From a virus (lineage: Duplodnaviria; Caudoviricetes): a DNA stretch of 64,000 nucleotides. The position numbers were made by a program, and so were the translations under genes. The notes under the pieces were generated by a model. It saw only the letters and a list, made by a program, of their open reading frames with translations, searched no databases and was not told the origin of the DNA. Within the stretch, counting starts at the first letter, position 1. Each line of letters begins with the position of its first letter. The DNA is taken from the IMG/VR virus record IMGVR_UViG_3300031853_000003, positions 91,392 to 155,391 of that record, one strand, 5' to 3'. Below, in pieces: positions 48,340-58,098 of this stretch.

Positions 48340-49383
48340 ATGAGTGCAACCATAACTAATCTAGCATCTAAGTATCGTCCTTCTACTTTTGAGGATATGA
48401 CTGAGCAAACGCTGATAGTTGATATCCTGAAATCTATGTGTAATGAAGATCCTCTGCGGATCAGAAATTTCCTTTTAGTCGGTCCTGCCGGCGTAGGAAA
48501 GACGACCTTAGCACGCATACTGGCCAACATGATAAACAAAGGCCAGGGAGATCCAATTGAGATTGATGCTGCATCTCACAACGGTATTGATACAGTAAGA
48601 GATATCGTACAGCAGTCTAAGCAGTACCCCATCGGCTGTAAATACAAAGTATTCATCTGCGATGAGGTGCACGCATTTTCTTCAGCTGCTTGGCAATCGC
48701 TTCTGAAGACATTAGAGGAAGGCCCGGCTCGGTCGGTATTTCTCTTGTGTACTACAAATCCAGAGAAGATACCTGCGACAATCTTGTCACGTGTGCAAAC
48801 ATTCCAGCTGTCTAAGATCAGTTTACAGGGAATATTCAATCGTCTTGTTACTATCATCAAGCGCGAGAACGAAGAAGGCAGGAACATCACATACACAGAT
48901 GATGCTGTTAACTTCATTGCTAAACTTGCTAATGGTGGTATGCGTGATGCAATCACCTTGCTCGATAAGGCACTTTCATACAGTACTGATATCACCTCTG
49001 AGAATCTTATGAAGTCCCTCAATCTCCCTGAGTATGACGACTACTTTGCATTGCTGTCTGCATACGCGAAGCACGATAACGTCGCTATCGCACGTATCAT
49101 AAATGATGTATACAACTCGGGTGTTAACTTCACAAAGTGGTTTGAAGGTTTCCATGCGTTTGTTATCAACATTGTGAAGTATATCTTCCTGCAGGAAATC
49201 AATGCCACGATGATTCCGGCGCATTACAGCGAAAAGATTGCAAAGTATGGTATGGCTCATTCCACCATCTGTTTGAAGCTTGCACATAGACTGGTCAAGC
49301 TCAATCAGGAGCTAAAAACAACTCAGTATCTACAAGAGGTTGCACTTACATACCTATGCAGTGTTCCGTCTAAGAAGGGGTGA
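48340..49383 (+). CDS. dnaX: Clamp loader gamma/tau subunit
   Basis: LASKYRP.TF, GPAGVGKTT, EIDAAS, DEVH, LLKTLEE, TILSR, GGMRDA. Confidence 0.93.
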   Translation: MSATITNLASKYRPSTFEDMTEQTLIVDILKSMCNEDPLRIRNFLLVGPAGVGKTTLARILANMINKGQGDPIEIDAASHNGIDTVRDIVQQSKQYPIGCKYKVFICDEVHAFSSAAWQSLLKTLEEGPARSVFLLCTTNPEKIPATILSRVQTFQLSKISLQGIFNRLVTIIKRENEEGRNITYTDDAVNFIAKLANGGMRDAITLLDKALSYSTDITSENLMKSLNLPEYDDYFALLSAYAKHDNVAIARIINDVYNSGVNFTKWFEGFHAFVINIVKYIFLQEINATMIPAHYSEKIAKYGMAHSTICLKLAHRLVKLNQELKTTQYLQEVALTYLCSVPSKKG

Positions 49384-49937
49384 TATCTATGATAGATTTA
49401 TCGAAGGCCTACTTAGAGAATCAGGAAGATCTTGATTCTGTATCTAATTGGTGTACGGATTACTATCAAGAGAACTTCGCTCAGTATTTCGTCAAGCAGC
49501 GAAAGCTGTATGATCGCATGAAGTCTGAAAGACGCCCTATCTCCGATGAAGAGCTTGAAGTGATACTGACAGAAATTCCTCTTGAAGTATTCACAGCTTC
49601 TGAGACGATTGGTAAGCTGAAGGTTCATCAGGAAACAATGAAGATCGCTATCAAGAAGAAGTTTGCTAAGATAGCCAAGGAGAGCGATCAATCTTCTGAA
49701 ACAAAGCGTAGAGAAGAGGCTGCTACTGCTATCCTAGACGACGAGCTTCTCAAGTATGCGTTTGGAGTTATCATCGAGCGCGTAGATAGAGAGATCTCTT
49801 ATTCCAGAGAGCTTATCATGGGAGCGAAAAAGATCTGGGATTCTCGTAGAGGTACCGAATCTTCTAACCCCATCGGAGAGTCTCCGGCATCTACAGAATT
49901 GCCTGAATACAAGCCTAAACAACAATACATCAAATAA
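49380..49937 (+). CDS. Helical hypothetical protein (possible recombination mediator)
   Basis: Coiled-coil ORF directly before recA. Confidence 0.55.
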   Translation: MISMIDLSKAYLENQEDLDSVSNWCTDYYQENFAQYFVKQRKLYDRMKSERRPISDEELEVILTEIPLEVFTASETIGKLKVHQETMKIAIKKKFAKIAKESDQSSETKRREEAATAILDDELLKYAFGVIIERVDREISYSRELIMGAKKIWDSRRGTESSNPIGESPASTELPEYKPKQQYIK

Positions 49938-49966
49938 TCGTTAAAATCTACAGAGGTGATCCATCT

Positions 49967-51151
49967 ATGGGTTCATATGCTGATATAATCAAAAAGAAGA
50001 TAAAGGACTGGGGCTACGAAGGTCTTATGCAAGGTGCTAAGGCTGCAAGAGGCCCTAAGATTCCATTCTCATCTCCGTTGATGAATTGGTGTACATATGG
50101 AGGTATTCCAAGAAGCCGAATTACTGAATTCTTCGGAGATCCGGGTGGTGGCAAGAGTACTACCGCCATTGACATCTGTAAGAATGCAGTAACTATCTTC
50201 GCAAAGGAACATGTTGACAACATACAGAAGCTGCAAGAATCTGCTAAGACCAGTAAAGCTGCTGCGATGGAGCTGGATGATCTACTTCAGTCAGGTCCTA
50301 AGAAGGTACTATACATTGACCTGGAACACGGTTTTGACGGTGCATGGGCATCGACACTCGGAATTGATGATTCTGTAATCGACATAATGCAACCGCCTGA
50401 TGTAGTTGCGGAGGACGTTTTACAGACCATCCAAGATCTTGTGCAGACAGGCGAAGTAGGCCTTATTGTACTTGACTCGCTTCCTTCATTAGTACCTCGT
50501 GCTGAATTGGAGAAGAAAATCGGTGAGCGTACTGTTGCAGCACTTGCAGGTATCTTGTCTGTATTCTGCAGAAAGATTGTCCCGATGCTTACTCGATATG
50601 ATACAACATTGTTGTTCATCAATCAGACACGCGATAATATGGACAATCCTTATGTTGTAAAAACACCTGGTGGTAATGCACCGAAATTCTACTCTTCGCT
50701 GAGAATTCTGTTCCAGATTGGTCAACCTGTCGATTTCCTTGGTAACGAATTACCTAAGAGTACAGAGAATCCTGCTGGTTACATCGTCAACGCGAAACTT
50801 ATCAAGCAGAAATCTGCACCCTGGGACAGGAAGAACGGTTCGTACTATCTGATGTGCCAGTCAGGTATTCGTGCTGATATGGACTTTGCACAGCTCGCCA
50901 CTAAGCGATACGGTCTAATCCGTAAAGGTGGTGCATGGTTTACATTGTGCGATCCTACAACAGGCGAGATACTGGAAGATGAAACCGGCAAGGCTGTGAA
51001 GCTGAACGGTATGGCCAAGGTATTTGAGTACCTGCAGAATCATACAGATTACTACGAGAAGCTTCGAACATATATCATCAATGATATCGAAGGACGCACA
51101 GATCAAGACGATGAAGGTGATGACAATGGCGAAGCCTACGAAACATTATAG
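49967..51151 (+). CDS. recA: RecA/UvsX recombinase
   Basis: GGIP..RITE.FG..GGGKST, IDLEH, LDS, FINQ.R, TPGG...KFYSS.R, KGGAWF. Confidence 0.93.
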   Translation: MGSYADIIKKKIKDWGYEGLMQGAKAARGPKIPFSSPLMNWCTYGGIPRSRITEFFGDPGGGKSTTAIDICKNAVTIFAKEHVDNIQKLQESAKTSKAAAMELDDLLQSGPKKVLYIDLEHGFDGAWASTLGIDDSVIDIMQPPDVVAEDVLQTIQDLVQTGEVGLIVLDSLPSLVPRAELEKKIGERTVAALAGILSVFCRKIVPMLTRYDTTLLFINQTRDNMDNPYVVKTPGGNAPKFYSSLRILFQIGQPVDFLGNELPKSTENPAGYIVNAKLIKQKSAPWDRKNGSYYLMCQSGIRADMDFAQLATKRYGLIRKGGAWFTLCDPTTGEILEDETGKAVKLNGMAKVFEYLQNHTDYYEKLRTYIINDIEGRTDQDDEGDDNGEAYETL

Positions 51152-51635
51152 TTCCTTACAAGAGAATATGATAGCTGATTATCTTGGATGGGAAGTTGTT
51201 TCAGGCAGCGGTGCCAGAGACTGTCATCCGGGAGATATCCGTTCAGATCAATGGCTGGGTGAATGTAAAACTCATACAGAACGAGGTCAGAAGATATCTT
51301 TCATGTATGATTTCTGGGACAAGATATGTGATGAAGCAGTATCCAAGTTCAAGGTGCCAGTACTGTTTGTAGATGACGGATCTCAATCTGCTGACCATAC
51401 TTGGGTACTCTATCCATATACTAGATTTGAGTATCCTGGACTCAAAGTTATCAAAGACCACGGAATCAAGCACAGGAAGAACATCATATTTGACCATCTT
51501 GATATATTCAAGTATCTGCTATCAGAGCAGAGGAAGAATGATTTGAGGCCAGTTGTGCTTCATTTTGATTTCAACGGAAAACCAGTAGGTGTAACTTCGC
51601 TGACAGCTTTCCGAGTTATGTTTGGAGAAAACTAA
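51126..51635 (+). CDS. Holliday junction resolvase-like nuclease
   Basis: QE..IA..LG...VSGSGA....GD......ECKT. Confidence 0.8.
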   Translation: MAKPTKHYSSLQENMIADYLGWEVVSGSGARDCHPGDIRSDQWLGECKTHTERGQKISFMYDFWDKICDEAVSKFKVPVLFVDDGSQSADHTWVLYPYTRFEYPGLKVIKDHGIKHRKNIIFDHLDIFKYLLSEQRKNDLRPVVLHFDFNGKPVGVTSLTAFRVMFGEN

Positions 51636-52564
51636 TGATATCAATACAAGAAGCTGGTCAGCAGATACTGACTGGTAATCCACTCAAATTCTATGCTATG
51701 GTAGGATGTGAATACGGAGTAAAATCTAAGTACTTAGATATACTCAAAAATCACTACGACGGTAGATGCATCGAAGCAGAATCTGTGCATGGAGTTCTCA
51801 ACATGATGAGGGTCAAGCGAATGATTCCACTCGAACCTACACTGTATGTAGTACGGTATGATGAAGAGTTCATATCCTCGTTAAACAAGGAGACTCTCAG
51901 CAAGATAAACTCTGCCAAGATCATAGGTACTATTGTATGTGTGTACGAGCAACAGAAGCACGCAAACAAACTAAGCAAGTATCTGGGAGAGTATACAGTT
52001 TCTATAGACGCGGTGAGTCCTCAATTCATTGCAAAGTATCTTCGTTCAGATTATCCTAAACTATCCGATCGCTACATCAATCTTGCAGTGAGTATTGCTA
52101 AGAACTACGGTCATGCGAAGAATATCTGTGCAGCCCTTTCATCAGTAAAGGAGTCAGAGATGGTGCAGTATTCCGATGAATCACTCAAGAAGCTGCTAGG
52201 ATATTCAAACACATCTAGTGATGCTCAGATAAAGCAAGGTGTAGCTGCAAGGGACTTCGCATTTCTAGTTGCTATGCTTGAAACTTATCCTGATGAGTAC
52301 GACAAGATACTCTATACTATCTTGGCTACTATGGTTGAGCTGGATAAGTTGATGGATAACAAATTCACTCAGTCGGAGCTTCGTCAATATGTAAAAGGCT
52401 GGACACGTGCAGACGTATATTATATGTTTATGCACACGTTTGATGAACTGGAGAAGCTGAGGACATTTTCGTCATATGACGCATCTAATAGCGTCTTGTA
52501 TCTATTTGGCCTGCTGAGGTTCTCACCTGTACCATCAACGGAGGTGATGTCTGATGGATTTTAA
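51635..52564 (+). CDS. Clamp loader delta-like subunit (HolA-like)
   Basis: I..G....FY...G.E N-terminus, matching size, adjacent to the delta'-like gene. Confidence 0.55.
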   Translation: MISIQEAGQQILTGNPLKFYAMVGCEYGVKSKYLDILKNHYDGRCIEAESVHGVLNMMRVKRMIPLEPTLYVVRYDEEFISSLNKETLSKINSAKIIGTIVCVYEQQKHANKLSKYLGEYTVSIDAVSPQFIAKYLRSDYPKLSDRYINLAVSIAKNYGHAKNICAALSSVKESEMVQYSDESLKKLLGYSNTSSDAQIKQGVAARDFAFLVAMLETYPDEYDKILYTILATMVELDKLMDNKFTQSELRQYVKGWTRADVYYMFMHTFDELEKLRTFSSYDASNSVLYLFGLLRFSPVPSTEVMSDGF

Positions 52565-53336
52565 GTGTCAATCATCTGCTATTGATCAACTACAGACACT
52601 GGCATCTGCGGATCGCCACAGTGTATTAGTATCAGGTATGCAGGGTAGCGGCAAATCATATCTTGCCCAAAGATATGCTGAGATGCTAGGCATAGAGGAT
52701 TTTCAGACAGTAAGTCCCTCTGTCAAATCTATCAAAGAATGTATGCAGGCCTGCTATAACATCGATACGCCTATTGTTCTATGTATAGAGAATCTAGATC
52801 AAGGAGTCAATGCAGCTGCATACTCGATACTCAAATTTCTAGAAGAGCCTATGCAACATGTATACATCGTTGTTACTTGTATCAATACAAATAACATACC
52901 TGATACTATCATCAGTCGATGTGTAGTTGTACCTTTAGGGCCTCCGACAGATAGTGACCTAGAAGCATTTGCAACTGCTGTAGATTTCACTAAGTTTCAT
53001 CCGCTCGAGAACACAGACCTTTGGAAGTGTGTTCGTACTTTCGGAGATGTAAACACTGTCTTGAATCTGTCATCATCTCAGATAGATTACTTCCGCTCCT
53101 TATCAGATATCTTGTCATTCAAAGATAATATATCAAGCTTGATGTGGAAGTTAGGCCATTATGATGATAATTCAGAAGCACCTACAGACCTTATATTAAG
53201 ATATCTCATTCATGTTTCTGATAATCCGCATGTTCGATGGGCTGGTATGGAGTGCCTTAAGAAGCTAGGTCAAGGTAGAGTAGCAGCTCATGCGGTAGTA
53301 GCAAGATTCTTGTTTGAGTGCAAGTATGGAGCGTAG
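52554..53336 (+). CDS. Clamp loader delta'-like subunit (HolB-like)
   Basis: HS.L..G..GSGKS, AA..ILKFLEEP, TIISRC. Confidence 0.82.
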   Translation: MDFKCQSSAIDQLQTLASADRHSVLVSGMQGSGKSYLAQRYAEMLGIEDFQTVSPSVKSIKECMQACYNIDTPIVLCIENLDQGVNAAAYSILKFLEEPMQHVYIVVTCINTNNIPDTIISRCVVVPLGPPTDSDLEAFATAVDFTKFHPLENTDLWKCVRTFGDVNTVLNLSSSQIDYFRSLSDILSFKDNISSLMWKLGHYDDNSEAPTDLILRYLIHVSDNPHVRWAGMECLKKLGQGRVAAHAVVARFLFECKYGA

Positions 53337-53338
53337 TT

Positions 53339-53719
53339 ATGGATGATTTAGATTTCAGAAACATTCCAGGATATTCTGGAGTATATCAGATTACTCGACA
53401 AGGCGTTATACGAAGCAACGGAAGAGACTGTGTGGTTCGCAATGTTAAACGTCGGGATGGCGCTGTTCGAGATGTTGAGATTTGGTACCGCAAGACAAAG
53501 ATACTCAAACCTATCTCTACTTTCAGCAAACCGCTTGTACATTTGCATAACACACATGGCAAACGCAAGAACTTCTATGTTGCACAGCTGGTAGCCATGT
53601 GCTATCTTACAGACGGAGAACTTGTTCCTATCAGAAAAATCGGCTATAAAGACGGAGATATACATAACGTCTCAGCTGATAATCTGATAATAAATCGTTA
53701 TAGTACTCAGGAGGAGTAA
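53339..53719 (+). CDS. NUMOD4/HNH-like endonuclease, degenerate
   Basis: IPGYSGVYQIT..G.IRS, V.QLVA, YKDGD..N...DNL (catalytic His replaced). Confidence 0.7.
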   Translation: MDDLDFRNIPGYSGVYQITRQGVIRSNGRDCVVRNVKRRDGAVRDVEIWYRKTKILKPISTFSKPLVHLHNTHGKRKNFYVAQLVAMCYLTDGELVPIRKIGYKDGDIHNVSADNLIINRYSTQEE

Positions 53720-53721
53720 CT

Positions 53722-54678
53722 ATGGTATATTATTTTTCTGGTGGACTCACTTATGAGATGGCCAACCTCTTGAAGGCGATGCCTGGATTTGAGCCCATCG
53801 ATGTTCTAGTTTCTCAGCTAGATAGATCTTCCGTTGACACTATGTTGAAGCATAAGGCCAACGGAGTCGTAAAGAGCTTGTTTATCGACAGTGGTGCATA
53901 TTCTGAGCATACTGGTAAGGGCAAGGTTGACTTAGAAGATTACATCAACTTCGTCAACTCTATCGATGAACACATTTCAGCTGTTGCACAGCTTGATACA
54001 ATTCCCGGTGAGTTCAACAAGCCGAAATCTCCAGAGGATTATGTCGAGTCTGCTGCAAAATCTTGGGAGAATTTCGAGTACATGTATGAGAAGCTGAAGT
54101 CCCCTGAGAAGCTGATTCCTGTATTTCATTTCGGAGAATCATTCAGTGTTCTCGAGAAGATGCTGTCCTGGAAAGACAAGAACGGCAAGCCGCTTACATA
54201 TGTAGGTATCTCACCTGCGAACGATTCTGCACAGAAGACCAAAAACAAATATCTACAGAACGTGTATGACGTTATCCGGGAGTCATCAAACCCAAATGTA
54301 CGTACTCACTTGTTCGGTATGACAGCACTTGATGCACTCTCCAAGTTCCCGTGCTACTCTGCAGATAGTGTTTCACATAGACTCATGGGTGCATACGGAA
54401 AGGTCCTTATCCCTGAGTTTGGCGTAATCTCTGTATCCAAGAAAACTCGTACAAGTAAGACTAAGTCCAACATGAGTTTCCTCGATACTGCGGACGATAT
54501 GGCCATGGCTCGTCTGAAAGCATATCTCGACAGCATCAACGTTACTGTAGAGGATCTCCAAGCATCTCATTCTGTCAGATGTGCTGTATCTATGTACAGT
54601 ATCATGAAGATACTTAAGGACAAGCCATACGATGCAAAGAATACAAAGCGTGTCAAGAAGCTTTTTGATTTGAGGTGA
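53722..54678 (+). CDS. TGT-fold transglycosylase (DpdA-like)
   Basis: LFIDSGAYS, QLD.IP, IPVFH.G, HLFG, YSADS.S. Confidence 0.8.
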   Translation: MVYYFSGGLTYEMANLLKAMPGFEPIDVLVSQLDRSSVDTMLKHKANGVVKSLFIDSGAYSEHTGKGKVDLEDYINFVNSIDEHISAVAQLDTIPGEFNKPKSPEDYVESAAKSWENFEYMYEKLKSPEKLIPVFHFGESFSVLEKMLSWKDKNGKPLTYVGISPANDSAQKTKNKYLQNVYDVIRESSNPNVRTHLFGMTALDALSKFPCYSADSVSHRLMGAYGKVLIPEFGVISVSKKTRTSKTKSNMSFLDTADDMAMARLKAYLDSINVTVEDLQASHSVRCAVSMYSIMKILKDKPYDAKNTKRVKKLFDLR

Positions 54679-54679
54679 T

Positions 54680-55210
54680 ATGATGCAGTCTACCGGATAC
54701 CAACCGACTAACGGTAATCTTGATTCATCGGACCTGCCTGCAGACAGCAACCGAAATGGCCCATTGAAGGATAGCGGTGCAAGACGCGAGTTCGAGACTG
54801 GAGCTGTTCGAGACATTCAGCAAGGTAAGGGTCGGTGCGATCTGCTACCACTTGCAGTAGTAGGAAGTATCGTCCAAGATGACATACTTGTTGCAATCGA
54901 CAACTTCCTTCATACAAAAGATGACAATCATCTGAAGAAGGCCATCGAGCAGTTCTGCTTCAAGGCGTATGGAGATCTAATCACAGGTTTCTTAGAAGTG
55001 GCAATCCATTATGAGCAAGGTGCAATCAAGTATGCACCGCACAACTGGGAGAAAGGCATTCCGCTCCATTGTTTTATCGACAGCGGTGTGAGACATTACC
55101 TTAAGTTTCTCAGAGGTGATACTGATGAACCACATGATCGAGCGTTTGTGTGGAACATGTTAGGAGCTATCTGGACACTTCACAACAAACCTGAGCTTGA
55201 TGACATCTAA
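54680..55210 (+). CDS. DUF5664 dATP/dGTP diphosphohydrolase
   Basis: SG.RREFETGAVRD..GKGR.DLLP, GA.KY...NWEKG, DS..RH, DE.H. Confidence 0.88.
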   Translation: MMQSTGYQPTNGNLDSSDLPADSNRNGPLKDSGARREFETGAVRDIQQGKGRCDLLPLAVVGSIVQDDILVAIDNFLHTKDDNHLKKAIEQFCFKAYGDLITGFLEVAIHYEQGAIKYAPHNWEKGIPLHCFIDSGVRHYLKFLRGDTDEPHDRAFVWNMLGAIWTLHNKPELDDI

Positions 55211-55302
55211 TATACAATATACATATCAGTGTAGTGAGGTTGACAAAACACCATTGTCAACCTTTTATACTTTCGTATAACACTATCGCTGAGGTGAAAA
55301 CT

Positions 55303-55964
55303 ATGGCACTGATTTCCCCAAACGACATGACGTTACTGCATAATGCGTCAGAAGTAGCAGCTGTAGCAGCATCTGCAGATCTCGAACACGAAATGATGAT
55401 CATTGCAAGCGTAATCAATACTGCTGCTAACACAGGTGCATACCAGGCAGGATACAACAAGCCCATCAGTGACGCTGCAAAGACAAAGCTGGAAGATGCT
55501 GGGTATGAAGTGATCGCTAACAACATCGCCGCTGTACCTGACCAGAATTATATTATCAGGTGGTCTGAGTAATGATACAGTTACCTGTATGCAAAGTTGA
55601 ATCGTGTGCTTTCAACGAACTCCCGATGCACACTCCGGTGTGGAACAGTAAGACTGTTGAAGAGCATATCTGGATCCATGTATTCCCTGAGATAACGCAG
55701 TCTGCAGAAGTATGTGGACTTCAATGTATGGAGAATAAGTCCTTCGTAGACGTGGAATACACAGGACATATGTCTCAGGATGCTTGCAAGCCCTGGTTTC
55801 GCATTGATAAGGATATACTGTCGATGGATCCAGGTCTGCACATCTACAGGCTCAAGTTCGTAACTACTATATCTCCGCTACCATTTTCAGTTTACTTTGC
55901 ATACATCATCCAAGAAGATGATCCTGAAAAGCCTTATATATACATGAATAGGAGTGATAGCTGA
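55303..55964 (+). CDS. Two late hypothetical genes (55303-55572, 55572-55964)
   Basis: GAGGTG RBS, TAATG coupling, downstream of an ACCTT motif. Confidence 0.6.
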
Positions 55965-57013
55965 TGGTTGAAGTATTTTCAGACTTGAAATACTATAATG
56001 CTAATGCCAACGGCAAGAATCACCCTGATTGCACACGTAGATCAATATCACTTGCATATGGTAGGCCTTATGAACAAGTAGCACTTGATTCCAGGCGTAT
56101 CGCAAGTCGTATGGGTACAACTTATCAAGACGACCGTGTCATGCATAGACTGCTTAAACAGTACGGATACGAGTGGCAAGTAAGGTATAAGGTTCTTGGA
56201 TTCACTAGTATGCCTACAGTAGCTGAGTTTGCAGAGGAATACTCCGTTGGTACGTACGTAGTCCATTGTGTGAATCCGAAGAATCCTAAATCACTTACAC
56301 AACACGCAGTCGCTGTTATAGACGGTACAGTATATGATAGTTGGGACAGTCAAGGTTGGTTATGTGATGAAGTCACATGCGTATCTGAGTCAGAATCTGA
56401 TGCTTTTCCGGAATCAGATATCAATGAGATGATATCTGAGCTGAATGATAAGTTACTTCCTTGGATACAGAGATATGCGAGGAAGAAGATACCTGATATT
56501 GAAGTAACAATATCAACTGAATGTTGGGACGAGTATTCAGGTCACATATATGTTTATCTGCAGTATCCGGATTGGTTAGTAGAAGGTCCTCCGAAGCTGA
56601 GGGGTAACAGAAGTCGCAAGCGATTCAGTGTCAAGATAAGCCCTACTGTAACATATGAGAACAACTATCAGGCCAACTATAAAAGACTTCAGCAGCAGAT
56701 AAGAGATTATCTTTGGGAGGCATTAGGTACTCTCATGGATGTTTACAACTCTTACAAGCTCGATGTAAATAAATCCTTCTGGGGAGATCGTAGACTGCTT
56801 GCGAAGATACCTAAATGGGCAGTTCCCTATGTTTGGCAGTTATGGCACAACACAGAGAGTTGGGCTGACTATCCATACTCCATATCAATGACTCCGCTAG
56901 AAGGCGACAATTTTAACAAGAACATGGTCAGCTTCTACGCAAATAGCATTAAAGATCTAAATGCTCAGTTAGAGGAGTACCGAGCTGATTGTGAAGAATC
57001 TGACGAGGGGTGA
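55964..57013 (+). CDS. Protein with papain-like peptidase-type N-terminal domain
   Basis: DC..R.IS.A and H.VAV.DG..YDSWD Cys/His/Asp pattern. Confidence 0.6.
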   Translation: MVEVFSDLKYYNANANGKNHPDCTRRSISLAYGRPYEQVALDSRRIASRMGTTYQDDRVMHRLLKQYGYEWQVRYKVLGFTSMPTVAEFAEEYSVGTYVVHCVNPKNPKSLTQHAVAVIDGTVYDSWDSQGWLCDEVTCVSESESDAFPESDINEMISELNDKLLPWIQRYARKKIPDIEVTISTECWDEYSGHIYVYLQYPDWLVEGPPKLRGNRSRKRFSVKISPTVTYENNYQANYKRLQQQIRDYLWEALGTLMDVYNSYKLDVNKSFWGDRRLLAKIPKWAVPYVWQLWHNTESWADYPYSISMTPLEGDNFNKNMVSFYANSIKDLNAQLEEYRADCEESDEG

Positions 57014-57019
57014 TCTAAG

Positions 57020-57760
57020 TTGAAAGCAATATACAGCTGTAAACTTTATAAAGCACACAAGAATAAGGCGAAGATACAAGCTGCACTAGGAGATCCAGCT
57101 AACAAGGGTCTTGTACAGCAGCTTCGTAGGTATCTTGATGATGAATATATCAAGCCAGAATATGTAGACCCGGATCTACTTGAAGAAGAGGTAGAGGAGC
57201 CTGCACCAGATGAAGAGAATGCTGGTACAGAGGATACTGCGCCTACTTCGCTTCCTCGTCGTTCTACGCCGTTGAGTTCTCCGTCTGCTCCTGCAGGCGG
57301 TCCGAGTAAGCTCGATGATCTGGCCGACAGGTTGTCAGAGGAAGAATCTGGTGGCAGCAATCTATCTATTGATGACACAGATGAAGAGCCTGCTCCTCCT
57401 GTAGCGGAATCTGTCAAGGTGAAGAAGTCTGCTATCAAAGGTAGCTACGTCCTTCCGCTATCGTCATCTTTCATCGCAGATACTTGTTCTGAACTGAAAG
57501 GTATGCTCAATATGCGTCAAGACACTTGCGGAGTTGACCGAGTTCAATTCAAAGATGACGAGGTTTGGGTATATTACAATGACAAGATCAATCTCAACAA
57601 TGTGATGAGCGTTGTCATCGAAGTACTCAACGCAGCTAACTACACGTATTTAGAATTCAATCGTCTTGCAAGATCTGATAATGCAATGGTCTTCCAGATC
57701 ACATTCAATGATTCCAACAAGGAAGTAGATCCTGCAAGTTTCGAGGATACTGCTGAATAA
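57020..57760 (+). CDS. Hypothetical late protein with acidic/Pro-rich linker
   Basis: 246-aa ORF with TTG start and RBS. Confidence 0.65.
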   Translation: MKAIYSCKLYKAHKNKAKIQAALGDPANKGLVQQLRRYLDDEYIKPEYVDPDLLEEEVEEPAPDEENAGTEDTAPTSLPRRSTPLSSPSAPAGGPSKLDDLADRLSEEESGGSNLSIDDTDEEPAPPVAESVKVKKSAIKGSYVLPLSSSFIADTCSELKGMLNMRQDTCGVDRVQFKDDEVWVYYNDKINLNNVMSVVIEVLNAANYTYLEFNRLARSDNAMVFQITFNDSNKEVDPASFEDTAE

Positions 57761-58098
57761 TGAAGTTACCTGTTTCTGAAGAGCTCGATTTTCACTATCT
57801 GCTAGAATTGATGAGGCCGTTACATGACGTCCCTCAATTTGCATGGTTACCGGAACTGTTCTCTATAATCGGTCATGAGAAGTTGATACTTCTTTGCAAA
57901 TATGCAGGCGGTGAGTCGATCACTATTCCTACGCTGGAACAGCTTTCTGAGAGTATAGAAGCTCTTCAATGGTTCTACGATGTAGAGATAAAGAAAACAC
58001 GAAGTGTTGAAGAGATGCCTTACAACATACAGTATCTCTTCTACAAGATAAAAGACGTGTATAACAATGCTGGAAACAATCAAACAGACAATAGCTGA
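57760..58098 (+). CDS. Mor-like protein
   Basis: EL..IIG.E.L..L....GGE.I.IP motif. Confidence 0.55.
   Translation: MKLPVSEELDFHYLLELMRPLHDVPQFAWLPELFSIIGHEKLILLCKYAGGESITIPTLEQLSESIEALQWFYDVEIKKTRSVEEMPYNIQYLFYKIKDVYNNAGNNQTDNS

Noticed and set aside
54680-55210. 2-aminoadenine (Z-genome) pathway
   Set aside because: A dNTP hydrolase is present but there is no purZ in the window; the adjacent TGT-fold gene favours deazaguanine chemistry.
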